A stretch of 42,141 nt of DNA from Patescibacteria group bacterium (GCA_038062875.1 JBBTWF010000005.1:1-42141), one strand, 5' to 3'; counted from the stretch's first letter, positions 7,771 to 17,152 are shown. Program-made: numbers and translations. Notes: a model not told the origin generated them from the letters alone.

Positions 7771-8972
7771 AATTTTTCAACTTCTTTTTTGATTAATGCC
7801 GAATTTCCGTTTTTAATTAAAATCCTGAAAATCCAATCTGCGATTTGACGCATTTCTTTTTCTTTCATTCCGCGAGTAGTTAGAGCTGGAGTGCCGAGCC
7901 GCAATCCTGAAGGCCTGAAAGGACTGGCGTCGCCGGGCACTGAATTTCGGTTAGCTAAAATGCCGGCTGTTTCCAGTTTCTTCTCCGCTTCAAAACCATT
8001 GCCTCCAAGATTGATTAATATTAAATGATTGTCAGTGCCTCCGGCGACTAAATCAAAGCCGTATTTTTTTAATGATTTTGCCAACGCTTGAGCATTTTTA
8101 ATAACTTGTTTCTGATATTTTTTAAATGACTGCTTTTTTGTTTCAAAAAACATTTCCGCGATGGCGGCAATCGTATTATTGTGAGGCCCGCCTTGCATGC
8201 CCGGAAAAACCGCTCTGTCAATTTTATCAGCTAATTCTCTTTTACAAAAAATTATCGCGGCTCGCGGACCGCGTAAAATTTTATGAGTCGTTGTCATCAC
8301 CACATCACTGTAAGGAAACGGAGACTGATGAAGTCCGGCGACAACCAAACCAGAAATATGCGAAATATCAACCATATGATAAGCCCCGACTTTTTTAGCT
8401 ATTTCGCCGAATTTTTTGAAATCAATTTTTCGCGGGTAAGCGGTCGCGCCGGAAACGATAATTTTCGGCTTATGTTTTTTCGCCAATCGCTCAACTTCTT
8501 TGTAGTCAATCAATCCGGTCTTTTTATCAACTCCGTATTGAATCGTTTTATAAACGACGCCGGAAAAATTCACTTTATGGCCGTGCGTTAAATGCCCGCC
8601 GTTGGTCAATTCCATTCCCATTAAAACATCTCCGAAATTGAGTAAGGCAAAATAAATTTCCAGATTAGCCGGCGAGCCGGAATACGGCTGGACATTTACT
8701 GACCAGCTTTTAGCTTTTAGCTTAAAAGCTTTTAGAGCGCGCTCTTGCGCCAAATTCTCAATCTCATCGTAATATTGGTTTCCGGGATAATAACGCCTGC
8801 CTTCCGCTGCGTATCCTTCGGAATATTTATTCATCAACGGAGAACCGACGATTTTTAAAATTTCCGGAGAAGCGAAATTTTCCGAAGCGATTAAATTAAT
8901 CGTTTTTTGCTGACGATTGATTTCTTTTTTAATTAAATTATTCAAAATTTTATCTTTCACTGAATTTATCAT
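7743..8972 (-). CDS. glyA: Serine hydroxymethyltransferase
   Basis: The PLP-site motif TTTHKILRGPR, VNVQPYSG and overall collinearity identify it. Confidence 0.95.
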   Translation of the reverse strand: MINSVKDKILNNLIKKEINRQQKTINLIASENFASPEILKIVGSPLMNKYSEGYAAEGRRYYPGNQYYDEIENLAQERALKAFKLKAKSWSVNVQPYSGSPANLEIYFALLNFGDVLMGMELTNGGHLTHGHKVNFSGVVYKTIQYGVDKKTGLIDYKEVERLAKKHKPKIIVSGATAYPRKIDFKKFGEIAKKVGAYHMVDISHISGLVVAGLHQSPFPYSDVVMTTTHKILRGPRAAIIFCKRELADKIDRAVFPGMQGGPHNNTIAAIAEMFFETKKQSFKKYQKQVIKNAQALAKSLKKYGFDLVAGGTDNHLILINLGGNGFEAEKKLETAGILANRNSVPGDASPFRPSGLRLGTPALTTRGMKEKEMRQIADWIFRILIKNGNSALIKKEVEKLCKKFPAPK

Positions 8973-9000
8973 AATGAAAATCCGTCAAAAATCAAACATA

Positions 9001-9045
9001 ACGACAACAAAAAGAGTCCCGTCGGGACTCTTTTTGTTGCTTTTT
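9001..9045. terminator. Bidirectional intrinsic terminator (agagtccc-gtcg-ggactct) flanked by T/A tracts
   Basis: A perfect 8-bp stem has T runs on both sides. It lies between the glyA start region and the 9064 stop. Confidence 0.65.
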
Positions 9046-9063
9046 TCGCCTGTGGCGAAAAAT

Positions 9064-9741
9064 TTATTCGGTTCCTCTTTTGAGTTTTTCCATCAAGGAA
9101 GCTGCGTAGTCCTTTCCGCCTAAACCGAAAGCAATACCGCCGGCCAAAGCGATCATCGCGATTAAGCCGGTAATTAATGTGTTAATAATAGTAACGGCAA
9201 TACCAAGCTGAGTTAAAGCGGTAAGAAGACCGAAAACTACTACTGACCACCAAGTAAGGGTTCCCAAAAATTTTGAGGCATGTAATTTAGAAGCAGTTAC
9301 TGAAGCCGTAACTAACGACCTCAAGAAACTCCCAAGCACCACTGTCGCCAACATTATCAAGACGGCGATAATAATATTCGGAATATAAAGCAAAACATCG
9401 CTCAAAAAACCTGAAAGCGCCCAAAATCCTAAAATATCAGAAGCCGCCAAAATAAAGGCGAATACTAAAAACCAATAAATTAAACGTCCCAAAAATCTAC
9501 CAGTGTTTATCTGGAGACCGGCTCGTTCAAAATACGGGCTCAAACGAATCTTTCTAAGAAGCGCGTCGATTTTAACAGCGCTAATCAATCGTTCAACTAA
9601 AGAACCCAATGCTGTCGCTACCACCAAACCAATAATAATTATTATTAATGCTCCGATGAGCGACGGCAAAAAACCAGCTACTGTCCCCCAAAGATTTTGG
9701 AGCGAGCTTACAACTATGTCTGTCCAATTTTGAATTGTCAT
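9064..9741 (-). CDS. Polytopic membrane protein with repeated conserved-TM-helix segments (MscS-associated TM_helix-like); function unknown
   Basis: Hydrophobic helices repeat with an A/G/L-rich pattern. The assignment is weak. Confidence 0.4.
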   Translation of the reverse strand: MTIQNWTDIVVSSLQNLWGTVAGFLPSLIGALIIIIIGLVVATALGSLVERLISAVKIDALLRKIRLSPYFERAGLQINTGRFLGRLIYWFLVFAFILAASDILGFWALSGFLSDVLLYIPNIIIAVLIMLATVVLGSFLRSLVTASVTASKLHASKFLGTLTWWSVVVFGLLTALTQLGIAVTIINTLITGLIAMIALAGGIAFGLGGKDYAASLMEKLKRGTE

Positions 9742-9761
9742 AATATTTAACTATATTCTCG

Positions 9762-9777
9762 CGAAATTTCGCGATAA
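9762..9777. promoter_or_regulatory. Perfect 16-bp palindrome TCGCGAAATTTCGCGA in the promoter region of the 9064..9741 gene; a candidate operator
   Basis: It was read directly and lies about 20 bp upstream of the minus-strand start codon at 9741. Confidence 0.35.
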
Positions 9778-9869
9778 GCTATCATATTCGACCTTTTAAA
9801 ATTATTCTTTCTAACTCTATAATTATAACGCAAAATCAAAAAAAACGCATTTACAACTGTGGATAACTG

Positions 9870-9941
9870 TGGGCGCAGGAGGGATCGGACCTCCGACCTC
9901 TTCGATGTCAACGAAACGCTCTACCACTGAGCTATGCGCCC
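9870..9941 (-). tRNA. tRNA-Val (anticodon GAC)
   Basis: It folds manually as a cloverleaf: acceptor GGGCGCA/TGCGCCC, D arm GCTC-AGTGGTA-GAGC, anticodon loop TTGACAT. Confidence 0.85.
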
Positions 9942-9946
9942 AAATA

Positions 9947-10018
9947 TGGGCAGTGTAGGAATCGAACCTACGACCTTCTCGGTGTAAACGAGACATTCTG
10001 CCATTGAACTAACTGCCC
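9947..10018 (-). tRNA. tRNA-Val (anticodon TAC)
   Basis: Manual fold: acceptor GGGCAGT/ACTGCCC, anticodon stem TCTCG/CGAGA, loop TTTACAC, T loop TTCGATT. Confidence 0.8.
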
Positions 10019-10624
10019 CTATATTTCTTTTTTTATATCTTTTTTAAGTGTCCTTCTTAAGGCGTCTTCAAAAACAATAATAACTAAAATAAAAACAGAA
10101 ATAAAGATGGCTGCGGTTTTTATGTCTTGATGGAGAATATTGGTTTTATGGGCGAAAATATAACCCAAAGAAACAAAAGTAATTGACCAAATCAAAGAAG
10201 CCGGAACGCTGTATGATAATAATTTTTTAAACGGAGTTTTCATATAGCCGCTGGCGACTAAAACCACTCTGTTTAAATTCCAAACGAATTTTGAAATAAA
10301 AATATAAAGGCCATTTCCTCTTTTTAACGATTCAAGAAAACCGATAATTTTCTCCAATTTAAAAAACAGAAACTTTCCTTTCGGGGCCGCGTTTCCTCCG
10401 AAACGAGCCGCTATTTTTCTGCCGATGCCCCAATAAATCAAATCGTGAATCACGGCGGCTATAAAAGAGAAAAAAATTATGTCAAAAAAATCAAGATAGC
10501 CGTTACGGCTTAAAACGCCGGCTAAAACAAGAACAATTTCTCCTTCAATCAAAATACCGATGAAAATAATCAAATAAGCGAGTATTCGATGGGTTTCGGA
10601 AAAATCCATTAAAAATGATTGCAT
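10019..10624 (-). CDS. DedA/VTT-domain family membrane protein
   Basis: The N-terminal GILIEGEIVLVLAG and the following G-rich segment fit the DedA pattern. Confidence 0.7.
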   Translation of the reverse strand: MQSFLMDFSETHRILAYLIIFIGILIEGEIVLVLAGVLSRNGYLDFFDIIFFSFIAAVIHDLIYWGIGRKIAARFGGNAAPKGKFLFFKLEKIIGFLESLKRGNGLYIFISKFVWNLNRVVLVASGYMKTPFKKLLSYSVPASLIWSITFVSLGYIFAHKTNILHQDIKTAAIFISVFILVIIVFEDALRRTLKKDIKKEI

Positions 10625-10640
10625 ATTTTGTTTCTCCTTT

Positions 10641-11603
10641 TTATTTCTCCGCTTTTATTTTATTCAAAATCTTTTTCACTTTTTCCAAACTGTCATCGTC
10701 AAGAATAGAGATAGGGGAAGCGTTCTTATTTATTTTTTTCAGGATGGCAATTTTCTTCTTTATTTCTTCACGGGAAAACATATCGCTCTTGCTTAAAAAT
10801 ACATATTCGGTTTTTTCAATAAGTTCCTTACTGTATGTCCCAAGCTCATTTTTAATTATTTTATAGTCCTTTGTAAGATTTTCCGATTCCGCGGAAATTA
10901 AATGAAAAAGAATTTTCACGCGTTCAATGTGGCGAAGAAATTTTACTCCTAAGCCCTTGCCGACTGACGCACCTTCAATCAATCCGGGAATATCCGCGAG
11001 GATAAGTTCGTAATATGTTCCCAAATTCGGCTCCAAAGTGGTAAAAGGATAATTCGCAACCCTACTTTTCGCTTCCGTAAGTTCGTTTAATAAACTGGAT
11101 TTCCCCGCGTTAGGCAAACCGATAAGACCCACATCCGCGATAAGTTTAAGTTCAAGCTTCAAAGTAAAATGTTCGCCTGGGAGACCAGTTTGAAATTGTT
11201 TTGGAGAAGTATTTTTTGAAGAGCGAAAATGAAAATTTCCTTTTCCTCCGATTCCGCCCTTCGCGATAAGAATTTTTTCGTTGATTTTTAATATCTCTCC
11301 AGTTTCATTCGTTTCAATTTTGCGGATTATCGTTCCAACCGGAACTTTTAATATAAGGTCTCCTCCGTCAGGACCATCATTAAATTGGTCTCTTCCGTTT
11401 ACGCCGTCCTTTGCTTTGATTTCTTTTTTATATCTGAATTGACCCAAAGCGCTTAAGTCGGAAACGCCTTCAAAATAAATACTGCCGCCTTTGCCGCCAC
11501 TTCCGCCGGTCGGTCCCAAGCTCATCATATTTTTATTAAAAGACACGGCGCCTTTTCCGCCGTTTCCGGCGCTTACTTTAATTGTTACGTCGTCGATTAA
11601 CAT
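10641..11603 (-). CDS. obg: GTPase Obg/CgtA
   Basis: It has a Gly-rich N-terminal Obg fold, GLIGLPNAGKSSLLN (G1) and DIPGLIEGA (G3). Confidence 0.95.
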   Translation of the reverse strand: MLIDDVTIKVSAGNGGKGAVSFNKNMMSLGPTGGSGGKGGSIYFEGVSDLSALGQFRYKKEIKAKDGVNGRDQFNDGPDGGDLILKVPVGTIIRKIETNETGEILKINEKILIAKGGIGGKGNFHFRSSKNTSPKQFQTGLPGEHFTLKLELKLIADVGLIGLPNAGKSSLLNELTEAKSRVANYPFTTLEPNLGTYYELILADIPGLIEGASVGKGLGVKFLRHIERVKILFHLISAESENLTKDYKIIKNELGTYSKELIEKTEYVFLSKSDMFSREEIKKKIAILKKINKNASPISILDDDSLEKVKKILNKIKAEK

Positions 11604-11605
11604 AA

Positions 11606-12055
11606 TTATTGTCGATTTCCCTCATAAGGCAAAGGCAATAACTCCTTAAAAGAAGTTCTTATAATTATATCTTTTGAGCTGTTTGAACAAATAATAGGAA
11701 TATCTTTGTTATTGATTATTAAAAACTCTTCCATAAATTGTCTGCATACGCCGCATGGCATTATTGGATTTTCTATAACGCCATCGCTATCCGTGCCTAT
11801 TATAGCCATTGCTATTATATCTCTGTGGCCGATTGAATTTGCCGCGGCGAGAGCGACTCTTTCCGCGCATAAATTAACCGTTGAAGAAGCGTTAGCCATG
11901 CTTGAACCAATAACAATTTCTCCGGAACTTATACGCGCGGAAGCGCCGACCTTCGTTTGACTGCCATAAGGATTATACGCGTTGGCTAAAACTCTTTCGG
12001 CGGCGTCAATTAACTCCTTTTCGTCTTTGCTTAAATCAAGATATTTTATATTCAT
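11606..12055 (-). CDS. cdd: Cytidine deaminase (homotetrameric CDA type)
   Basis: It carries the zinc-ligand motifs CAERVAL and PCGVCRQ. The longer track ORF (to 12205) is an artefact that reads through the tRNA gene. Confidence 0.85.
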   Translation of the reverse strand: MNIKYLDLSKDEKELIDAAERVLANAYNPYGSQTKVGASARISSGEIVIGSSMANASSTVNLCAERVALAAANSIGHRDIIAMAIIGTDSDGVIENPIMPCGVCRQFMEEFLIINNKDIPIICSNSSKDIIIRTSFKELLPLPYEGNRQ

Positions 12056-12132
12056 AAGATTATTTTCAATGTCGCCTTTTATCTCCACTGGTCGTCCGCG
12101 AGGCGAACCAAAACTCTTTGACTTTTCCTTTC

Positions 12133-12207
12133 TGGTGCGTGCGGAGGGGATCGAACCCCCGACCATTCGGATATAAGCCGAACGCTCTACCACTGAGCTA
12201 CGCACGC
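12133..12207 (-). tRNA. tRNA-Ile with anticodon TAT (UAU), CCA encoded
   Basis: Manual fold: acceptor GCGTGCG/CGCACGC, anticodon stem TTCGG/CCGAA, loop CTTATAT, T arm GGGGG-TTCGATC-CCCTC, then ACCA. Confidence 0.75.
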
Positions 12208-12220
12208 CCGCTATAATATA

Positions 12221-14056
12221 TTATATATTTACCATCTTAAACCCGAAGTTTTTAATCAGGTTGTCAAATTCGTCTTTTTCTATGGTTTCTTCTTTGATTA
12301 ATTTTTCAGCAAGGGCTTTTAACGCTTTTTTACGGCTAATGAGAATTTTTTTGGCGGCCTGAAACGCCTTATCAACTATTTCTTTAACTTCGTTGTCTAT
12401 TTCCGCGGCGATTTTCTCGGAATAATTTTTTCCAGTGGCAATTTCCCGTCCAAGAAAAATCATCTCCTGAGTGTCGCCGAAAGCGATTGGCCCAAGTTTT
12501 TCGCTCATCCCAAATTTAGTTACAAGTTTGCGCGTCAATTCAGATGCTTCTTTTATGTCGTTGGAAGCGCCAGTGCTTATATCTCCAAATGTTAATTGCT
12601 CTGAAACATAACCGCCGAACATTACCGCCAAGTCAGCCAAAAATTGCGACTTAGTCCGCAAATGCGTTTCTTCAATCGGAAGTTTTAAAGTATAACCGCC
12701 GGCTCTGCCGCGCGCCACAACGGAAATTTTCTGAACCGGGTCTGCGTTTTTCAAACTCGCAGCAACCAAAGCGTGTCCGGCTTCATGATAAGCGATAATT
12801 TCTTTTTCTTTTATTGATATGGCTCTGCTTCTGCGTTCAGGACCTAAAATAACTTTTTCAATGGAATCAAAAATATCCTGCTGGTTGATTAACAGCTGAT
12901 TTTTCCTCGCCGCGAAAATCGCCGCTTCATTCATTAAATTAGCCAAATCAGCTCCGGAAAATCCAGGTGTCCGCACAGCCACTTTGCGTAAATCAATTTC
13001 TTTGGATAAAATTTTTTCTTTGCTATGAATTTTTAGAATCGCTTCGCGGTCATTGATGTCGGGCAGGTCAAGAATAACGCGGCGGTCAAAACGACCTGGC
13101 CTTAACAATGCCTGGTCTAAAACATCGGGTCTATTAGTAGCCGCCATTACTATAACTTTTGTCTCCCGGTCAAATCCGTCCATTTCCACTAAAATTTGAT
13201 TTAAAGTTTGTTCTCTTTCGTCGTGGCCGCCGCCCAAGCCGGCTCCCCGCTCTCTGCCGATAGCGTCAATCTCATCAATAAAAATTATTGAAGGAGACGC
13301 TTTTTTGGCGGTCTGAAACAAATCTCTAACTCGGGAAGCTCCAACGCCCACAAACATTTCAACAAATTCAGAACCGGAAATATGGAAAAACGGCACACTG
13401 GCTTCGCCGGCAACCGCGCGAGCCAATAAAGTTTTTCCGGTCCCCGGAAGTCCTAATAATAAAACTCCTCTCGGAATTCTCGCCCCTAAATCAAGATATT
13501 TTTTTGGACGCTTCAAAAAATCAACAACTTCTAAAAGTTCTTCTTTAGTTTCTTTGAGACCTGCCACATCATTAAATGTAACCCTGTCTTTAAAAGCGGA
13601 AAAAAGCCGTATATTGGCTTTGCCGAAACTAAACGCCTGACCCATACCGCTCCGCGCCTGCTTAAACATAAGCCAGAAAAATACGCCGATAATTAAAAGC
13701 GGAAGAATTGTCGGCAAAAGAATGCTCATCCAAAAACGAAAACCGGATTCTTCTTTCACTTCTAGTGAAATTTTTTGAAGAGCAACAGGGTCAACGCCGT
13801 AATTTCTCAATGTCTCGGTTAGGCCGGCTTCTGTTTCTTTTTTAGAAACAGCTTTTCCGCCGTCTTTCAATTCAATTTCCAGATTATTCCCGTTAATTAA
13901 AATTTTGGTTATTTCTTGATTGTTAATTTTCGTTGCCAGCTGGTCAATACCCAAGACCTGCGGTTTTTGCTGTTCGCTGTAAAAAGCGGAAAAAATAAAC
14001 GCCACCATCAAAAGCGTCATAATCGCCCAGAAAATATTTTTGGATAAAGTTTTCAT
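12221..14056 (-). CDS. ftsH: ATP-dependent zinc metalloprotease FtsH
   Basis: It has two N-terminal TM helices, an AAA Walker A (GLPGTGKT) and the zinc motif HEAGHA. Confidence 0.97.
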   Translation of the reverse strand: MKTLSKNIFWAIMTLLMVAFIFSAFYSEQQKPQVLGIDQLATKINNQEITKILINGNNLEIELKDGGKAVSKKETEAGLTETLRNYGVDPVALQKISLEVKEESGFRFWMSILLPTILPLLIIGVFFWLMFKQARSGMGQAFSFGKANIRLFSAFKDRVTFNDVAGLKETKEELLEVVDFLKRPKKYLDLGARIPRGVLLLGLPGTGKTLLARAVAGEASVPFFHISGSEFVEMFVGVGASRVRDLFQTAKKASPSIIFIDEIDAIGRERGAGLGGGHDEREQTLNQILVEMDGFDRETKVIVMAATNRPDVLDQALLRPGRFDRRVILDLPDINDREAILKIHSKEKILSKEIDLRKVAVRTPGFSGADLANLMNEAAIFAARKNQLLINQQDIFDSIEKVILGPERRSRAISIKEKEIIAYHEAGHALVAASLKNADPVQKISVVARGRAGGYTLKLPIEETHLRTKSQFLADLAVMFGGYVSEQLTFGDISTGASNDIKEASELTRKLVTKFGMSEKLGPIAFGDTQEMIFLGREIATGKNYSEKIAAEIDNEVKEIVDKAFQAAKKILISRKKALKALAEKLIKEETIEKDEFDNLIKNFGFKMVNI

Positions 14057-14099
14057 ATTTTTTTACTAATTTACGAATTAAATACGAATATACGAATAT

Positions 14100-14127
14100 A
14101 TTATATAGTAATACATATTGGTGTCAA
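14100..14127 (-). promoter_or_regulatory. Sigma-70-like promoter for ftsH (TTGACA -N16- TATAAT on the minus strand)
   Basis: Minus-strand reading gives TTGACA (14127..14122), a 16-nt spacer and TATAAT (14105..14100), about 45 nt upstream of the ftsH ATG. Confidence 0.6.
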
Positions 14128-14149
14128 TTTTTTAAAATAAATAAAAATG

Positions 14150-14173
14150 GAGCATCTCCGAAGAGATGCTCCA
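14150..14173 (-). terminator. Intrinsic terminator (ggagcatctc-ttcg-gagatgctcc + T-rich tail) ending a minus-strand transcript
   Basis: A perfect 10-bp stem with a tetraloop is followed on the minus strand by atttttatttatttt. Confidence 0.75.
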
Positions 14174-14290
14174 TACAACAGGAAAGACGCTTTCGCAGGG
14201 AAGCGAAAAATCTTTCTTTTTACGAGGCGGGTTAGACATCGCAACTACGTCGCGCTCTCATGAGATAACTGCAGCGCACCCGACGTAGAT

Positions 14291-14590
14291 TTAAAATCTA
14301 TAAGTCATAGCAGGGACGAGAGGGATAGTCTGTATATCGACTGTTAATCCCGGTATGGATTCGCCTATACTAAAAGCCAAATCCGAAACAACTTCCGGAC
14401 AACACGGATCACCCGGCGTAATTGTGATTCCGCCTTCAGAATTTCTACGCATTCTGCTGCCGGTGTCTTTTAAAAGAGAACGGAGATCACGCATTGTGCC
14501 CTTTGGCGTTTCTGGAAAAATAATTTCGTAAAAAACTTTTACTCTTTTTTTTGTTTTAACTTTTTTTGCTTCATTTACGTAACCGGACAT
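14291..14590 (-). CDS. Hypothetical 99-aa protein (basic N-terminus, PCCPE motif); the coding status is uncertain
   Basis: This is an ORF with a weak SD (aaaggcgg). No family was recognised. A structured region of about 120 nt follows it before the terminator. Confidence 0.3.
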   Translation of the reverse strand: MSGYVNEAKKVKTKKRVKVFYEIIFPETPKGTMRDLRSLLKDTGSRMRRNSEGGITITPGDPCCPEVVSDLAFSIGESIPGLTVDIQTIPLVPAMTYRF

Positions 14591-14832
14591 ATCGTTCCGC
14601 CTTTCTTTTTTATTAAAATTAATAAAAAATTCAATTTTCTCATTTTTATTTTTACATCATTTTCCCCTCCTCTCTTTTATCAAAAAGTTAAAGAACGTTG
14701 GTTTTTCGCCGCGATTACTGACTATCCACCTCCTTTCTTATTTTCTAATGCAATACCGCGAAAGAAACACTATTAGTTAGTATAGAGCAAAAATAATAAA
14801 ACGTCAAGCTACGCGCGCCAAACGTTAAATAT

Positions 14833-15927
14833 TTATTTCTTCAATTTAAGAGTAATTCTTTTTTCTTCCATCTTTACCGCTTCAATGATAAATTTATAAC
14901 TCTTTCCGATTTCCAATTGTTTTTTCATTTCTTCGTCTCCGCCAAATTCGGAAATATGAATCAAGCCCTGAATTTCCGAATCAATATCAATAAGAGCGCC
15001 GAACGGGTTGAATTTATTAATCGCTCCGCTGATTTCTTGTCCGGCTTTGTATTTCTCTCCAACTTTCTCCCAAGGGTCGGGCTTAAGGGCTTTTAATGAA
15101 AGCGAAACTCGTCCTTCTTTGATTTCAGTAATTTTCGCTTTGATTCTCTCGCCAACTTCCACTATTTCTTTCGGATTTTCAATAAGCCGATGGTCAAGCT
15201 CCGAGATGTGAATCATTCCTTCAATCGTCTCATTATCGACAAATTTCATAAATACGCCGAAATCTGCCACCCCGGAAACGACACCCTCAACAACATCCCC
15301 CGCCTTATATTGATTAAGAAGTTCTTTAATATTTTCTTCCGCCGCTTCCCGTTCGGAAATAATCAATTTATTATTGCGAGGAATAAAATCAATGACTTTT
15401 ACCGCCAGTTCTTCTCCGACTAATTTCCGCAATTCTTCCAAAATTTTACTCCGCTCGCCTTCGTTAACTCTCGGATAATGTTCGCTAGCCAACTGAGAAA
15501 CAGGCAAAAACGCCTTGAAATCGTTGACCTTAGCAACCAAACCTCCGCTGTTGGCGCCGATGATTTTTACTACGGTTATCTCGCCGGAATCTTTTAAGTT
15601 TTTTATTTCTTGCCAATCCTTTTGTTGTCGGGCGCCGGCCAATGAAAGTTCGATGTAGCCGTCTTCATTTTCCGAACCAACGACTTTGGCGCTGATTAAA
15701 TCCCCCGACTTTAAATTTTTTACTATGTCTTTCGCGTTTAAAAATTCCGCTCCATAAACAATTCCGGTGCCGAATTTCCCTAAATCAAAATAACAGGCCT
15801 TTCTGCCTCTATCTAAAAATTTCGCCTCAATCAATTCTCCTTCTTTAAGAAAAGAAACGAGGTCCGGCTCAAGCTTCATCAACTGTCCAAGCGCGGAAAG
15901 AGGTTTTTTATTTATTATTGCTAACAT
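14833..15927 (-). CDS. rpsA: 30S ribosomal protein S1 (short form, about 4 S1 domains)
   Basis: Repeated S1-domain signatures occur (GxxVxGxV...G.GLLH-like, for example VVEGVVSGVADFGVFMKF and GLIHISE). The 364-aa length is typical of reduced genomes. Confidence 0.8.
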   Translation of the reverse strand: MLAIINKKPLSALGQLMKLEPDLVSFLKEGELIEAKFLDRGRKACYFDLGKFGTGIVYGAEFLNAKDIVKNLKSGDLISAKVVGSENEDGYIELSLAGARQQKDWQEIKNLKDSGEITVVKIIGANSGGLVAKVNDFKAFLPVSQLASEHYPRVNEGERSKILEELRKLVGEELAVKVIDFIPRNNKLIISEREAAEENIKELLNQYKAGDVVEGVVSGVADFGVFMKFVDNETIEGMIHISELDHRLIENPKEIVEVGERIKAKITEIKEGRVSLSLKALKPDPWEKVGEKYKAGQEISGAINKFNPFGALIDIDSEIQGLIHISEFGGDEEMKKQLEIGKSYKFIIEAVKMEEKRITLKLKK

Positions 15928-15953
15928 AGAAATAAATATTAACTTAACCTTGT

Positions 15954-15982
15954 TTGAAAATCAAGAGGAGATAAGTTATAAT
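15954..15982 (+). promoter_or_regulatory. Sigma-70-like promoter (TTGAAA -N17- TATAAT) for the 16005 gene
   Basis: Read directly. It lies 23 nt upstream of the ATG. Confidence 0.5.
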
Positions 15983-16004
15983 TAAATTAAATCTAAATTT
16001 CAAA

Positions 16005-16628
16005 ATGGTCATTACTTTCTACGGCGAAAATTGTTTTAAAATACAGAGCGGCGATACAACTATTCTAATCGACCCTTTTTCCGACCAAATAGGATTGACT
16101 TCTCCGCGCTTGAAGCCGGACATTCTCGTCAAAACACTAACTTCGTTTCCTGTAGTTTTATCTCCCGCCTATTCTGCTCGACAAATTATCGGGCCTGGAG
16201 AATATAATTTGAAAGATATTGATATTGTCGGTTTTGAATTACTTAAAGAATCTACGGAAAAATTTATAAAAACGATTTATTTAATGAAAATAGAAAACAT
16301 TAAAGTCGGGTTTTTAGGTCATCTAGCCGGAATACTCGAACCGGAAATTTTAGAACGTTTCGAAGAAATAGACATATTATTTATCCCGGCCGGCGGCTCG
16401 CCTTTTATCGAACAAAAATCAGCCGTAAAACTGATAAAACAGCTTGAACCGAAAATCGTCATCCCGTGTCTCTTTAAAATTCCAGGCCTTAAAAGACGCG
16501 CCGATGACGTAAAAGAATTTATTGAAGAATTCAATCACCAAAAACCCGTTCCTCAAGAAAAACTGACTATTAAAAAGAAGGACTTGGAGGGCATTAAAAA
16601 AACGGAAATTGTGGTACTAAAGATTTAA
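16005..16628 (+). CDS. Metallo-beta-lactamase-fold protein (COG2220-like) with an apparently degenerate metal motif
   Basis: ILIDPFSD is followed by beta-strand/Gly patterns typical of the MBL fold. The HxHxDH motif is not intact. Confidence 0.5.
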   Translation: MVITFYGENCFKIQSGDTTILIDPFSDQIGLTSPRLKPDILVKTLTSFPVVLSPAYSARQIIGPGEYNLKDIDIVGFELLKESTEKFIKTIYLMKIENIKVGFLGHLAGILEPEILERFEEIDILFIPAGGSPFIEQKSAVKLIKQLEPKIVIPCLFKIPGLKRRADDVKEFIEEFNHQKPVPQEKLTIKKKDLEGIKKTEIVVLKI

Positions 16629-16643
16629 AATTTAACTTAAATA

Positions 16644-16955
16644 ATGTGGCAATCTATTAAAAATTTTACAACCCGTCTCCAAAATTCCGATGACACGATT
16701 AAAAAGCGCTGGCTAATCGGAGTTAGCGCAATAACTATGATTTTTGTAATCGGCGGATGGATGATTTATTTAAATTACACTATTGAAAAAATGGGCGCTG
16801 TTGAAAATGAAATTGCTCACTCAACGAGTTTTTGGCAAGTTTTTAAAACCGGCCTACTAATCACCACTCAATCAATAAAAAACGGAACGCAAAATTTAAT
16901 TTCCGATATTGTGGATAAGATAAAAAGCAAGAATACGATTATAATGGAAAAATAA
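16644..16955 (+). CDS. Hypothetical small membrane protein (1 TM)
   Basis: This is an ORF with one hydrophobic helix and no recognised family. Confidence 0.35.
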   Translation: MWQSIKNFTTRLQNSDDTIKKRWLIGVSAITMIFVIGGWMIYLNYTIEKMGAVENEIAHSTSFWQVFKTGLLITTQSIKNGTQNLISDIVDKIKSKNTIIMEK

Positions 16956-17009
16956 AGGGCTTTCTATAAATTTTCGAGCCGATAGGCAATGAAAATTTAT
17001 CTAGAAAAC

Positions 17010-17125
17010 CTTTACCCCGCCCCATTTGTGGCAGAGATGTCAGATAGCGCCCAGTCAGAGCCGCAAGGCGGCTTCCGCCTCTGATTGAGCCAAAGGAAAT
17101 CTGTGCTACAAATGGGGCGGGGTGC
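17010..17125. repeat. Imperfect palindromic element (ccccgccccatttgtggcagagat ... atctgtgctacaaatggggcgggg) enclosing gccgcaaggcggc and a ccgcctctg motif
   Basis: The 15-bp terminal inverted repeat was read directly. The internal GC hairpin shares the cgcctctg motif of the repeat at 1..55. It lies just upstream of gyrA. Confidence 0.6.
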
Positions 17126-17152
17126 TCAAATTTATGGTAAAATTTTCTCGCT

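Noticed and set aside
11606-12205. 199-aa ORF as given in the track (N-terminal MRSSVVERSAYIRMVGGSIP...)
   Set aside because: Its first 50 codons are the read-through translation of the tRNA-Ile gene, and VVERSAY is a classic tRNA translation artefact. The real cdd starts at the ATG at 12055.
14150-14830. Search for tmRNA, RNase P RNA, SRP RNA or 6S RNA in the ftsH-rpsA spacer
   Set aside because: By-eye searches for the hallmark motifs (the tmRNA tRNA-like GGATTCGAC / GGTTCGATTCC ends, the RNase P AAAGTCCGG P4 strand, the SRP GGAAGGAAGCAGCC) found none. The structure is reported only as unassigned.
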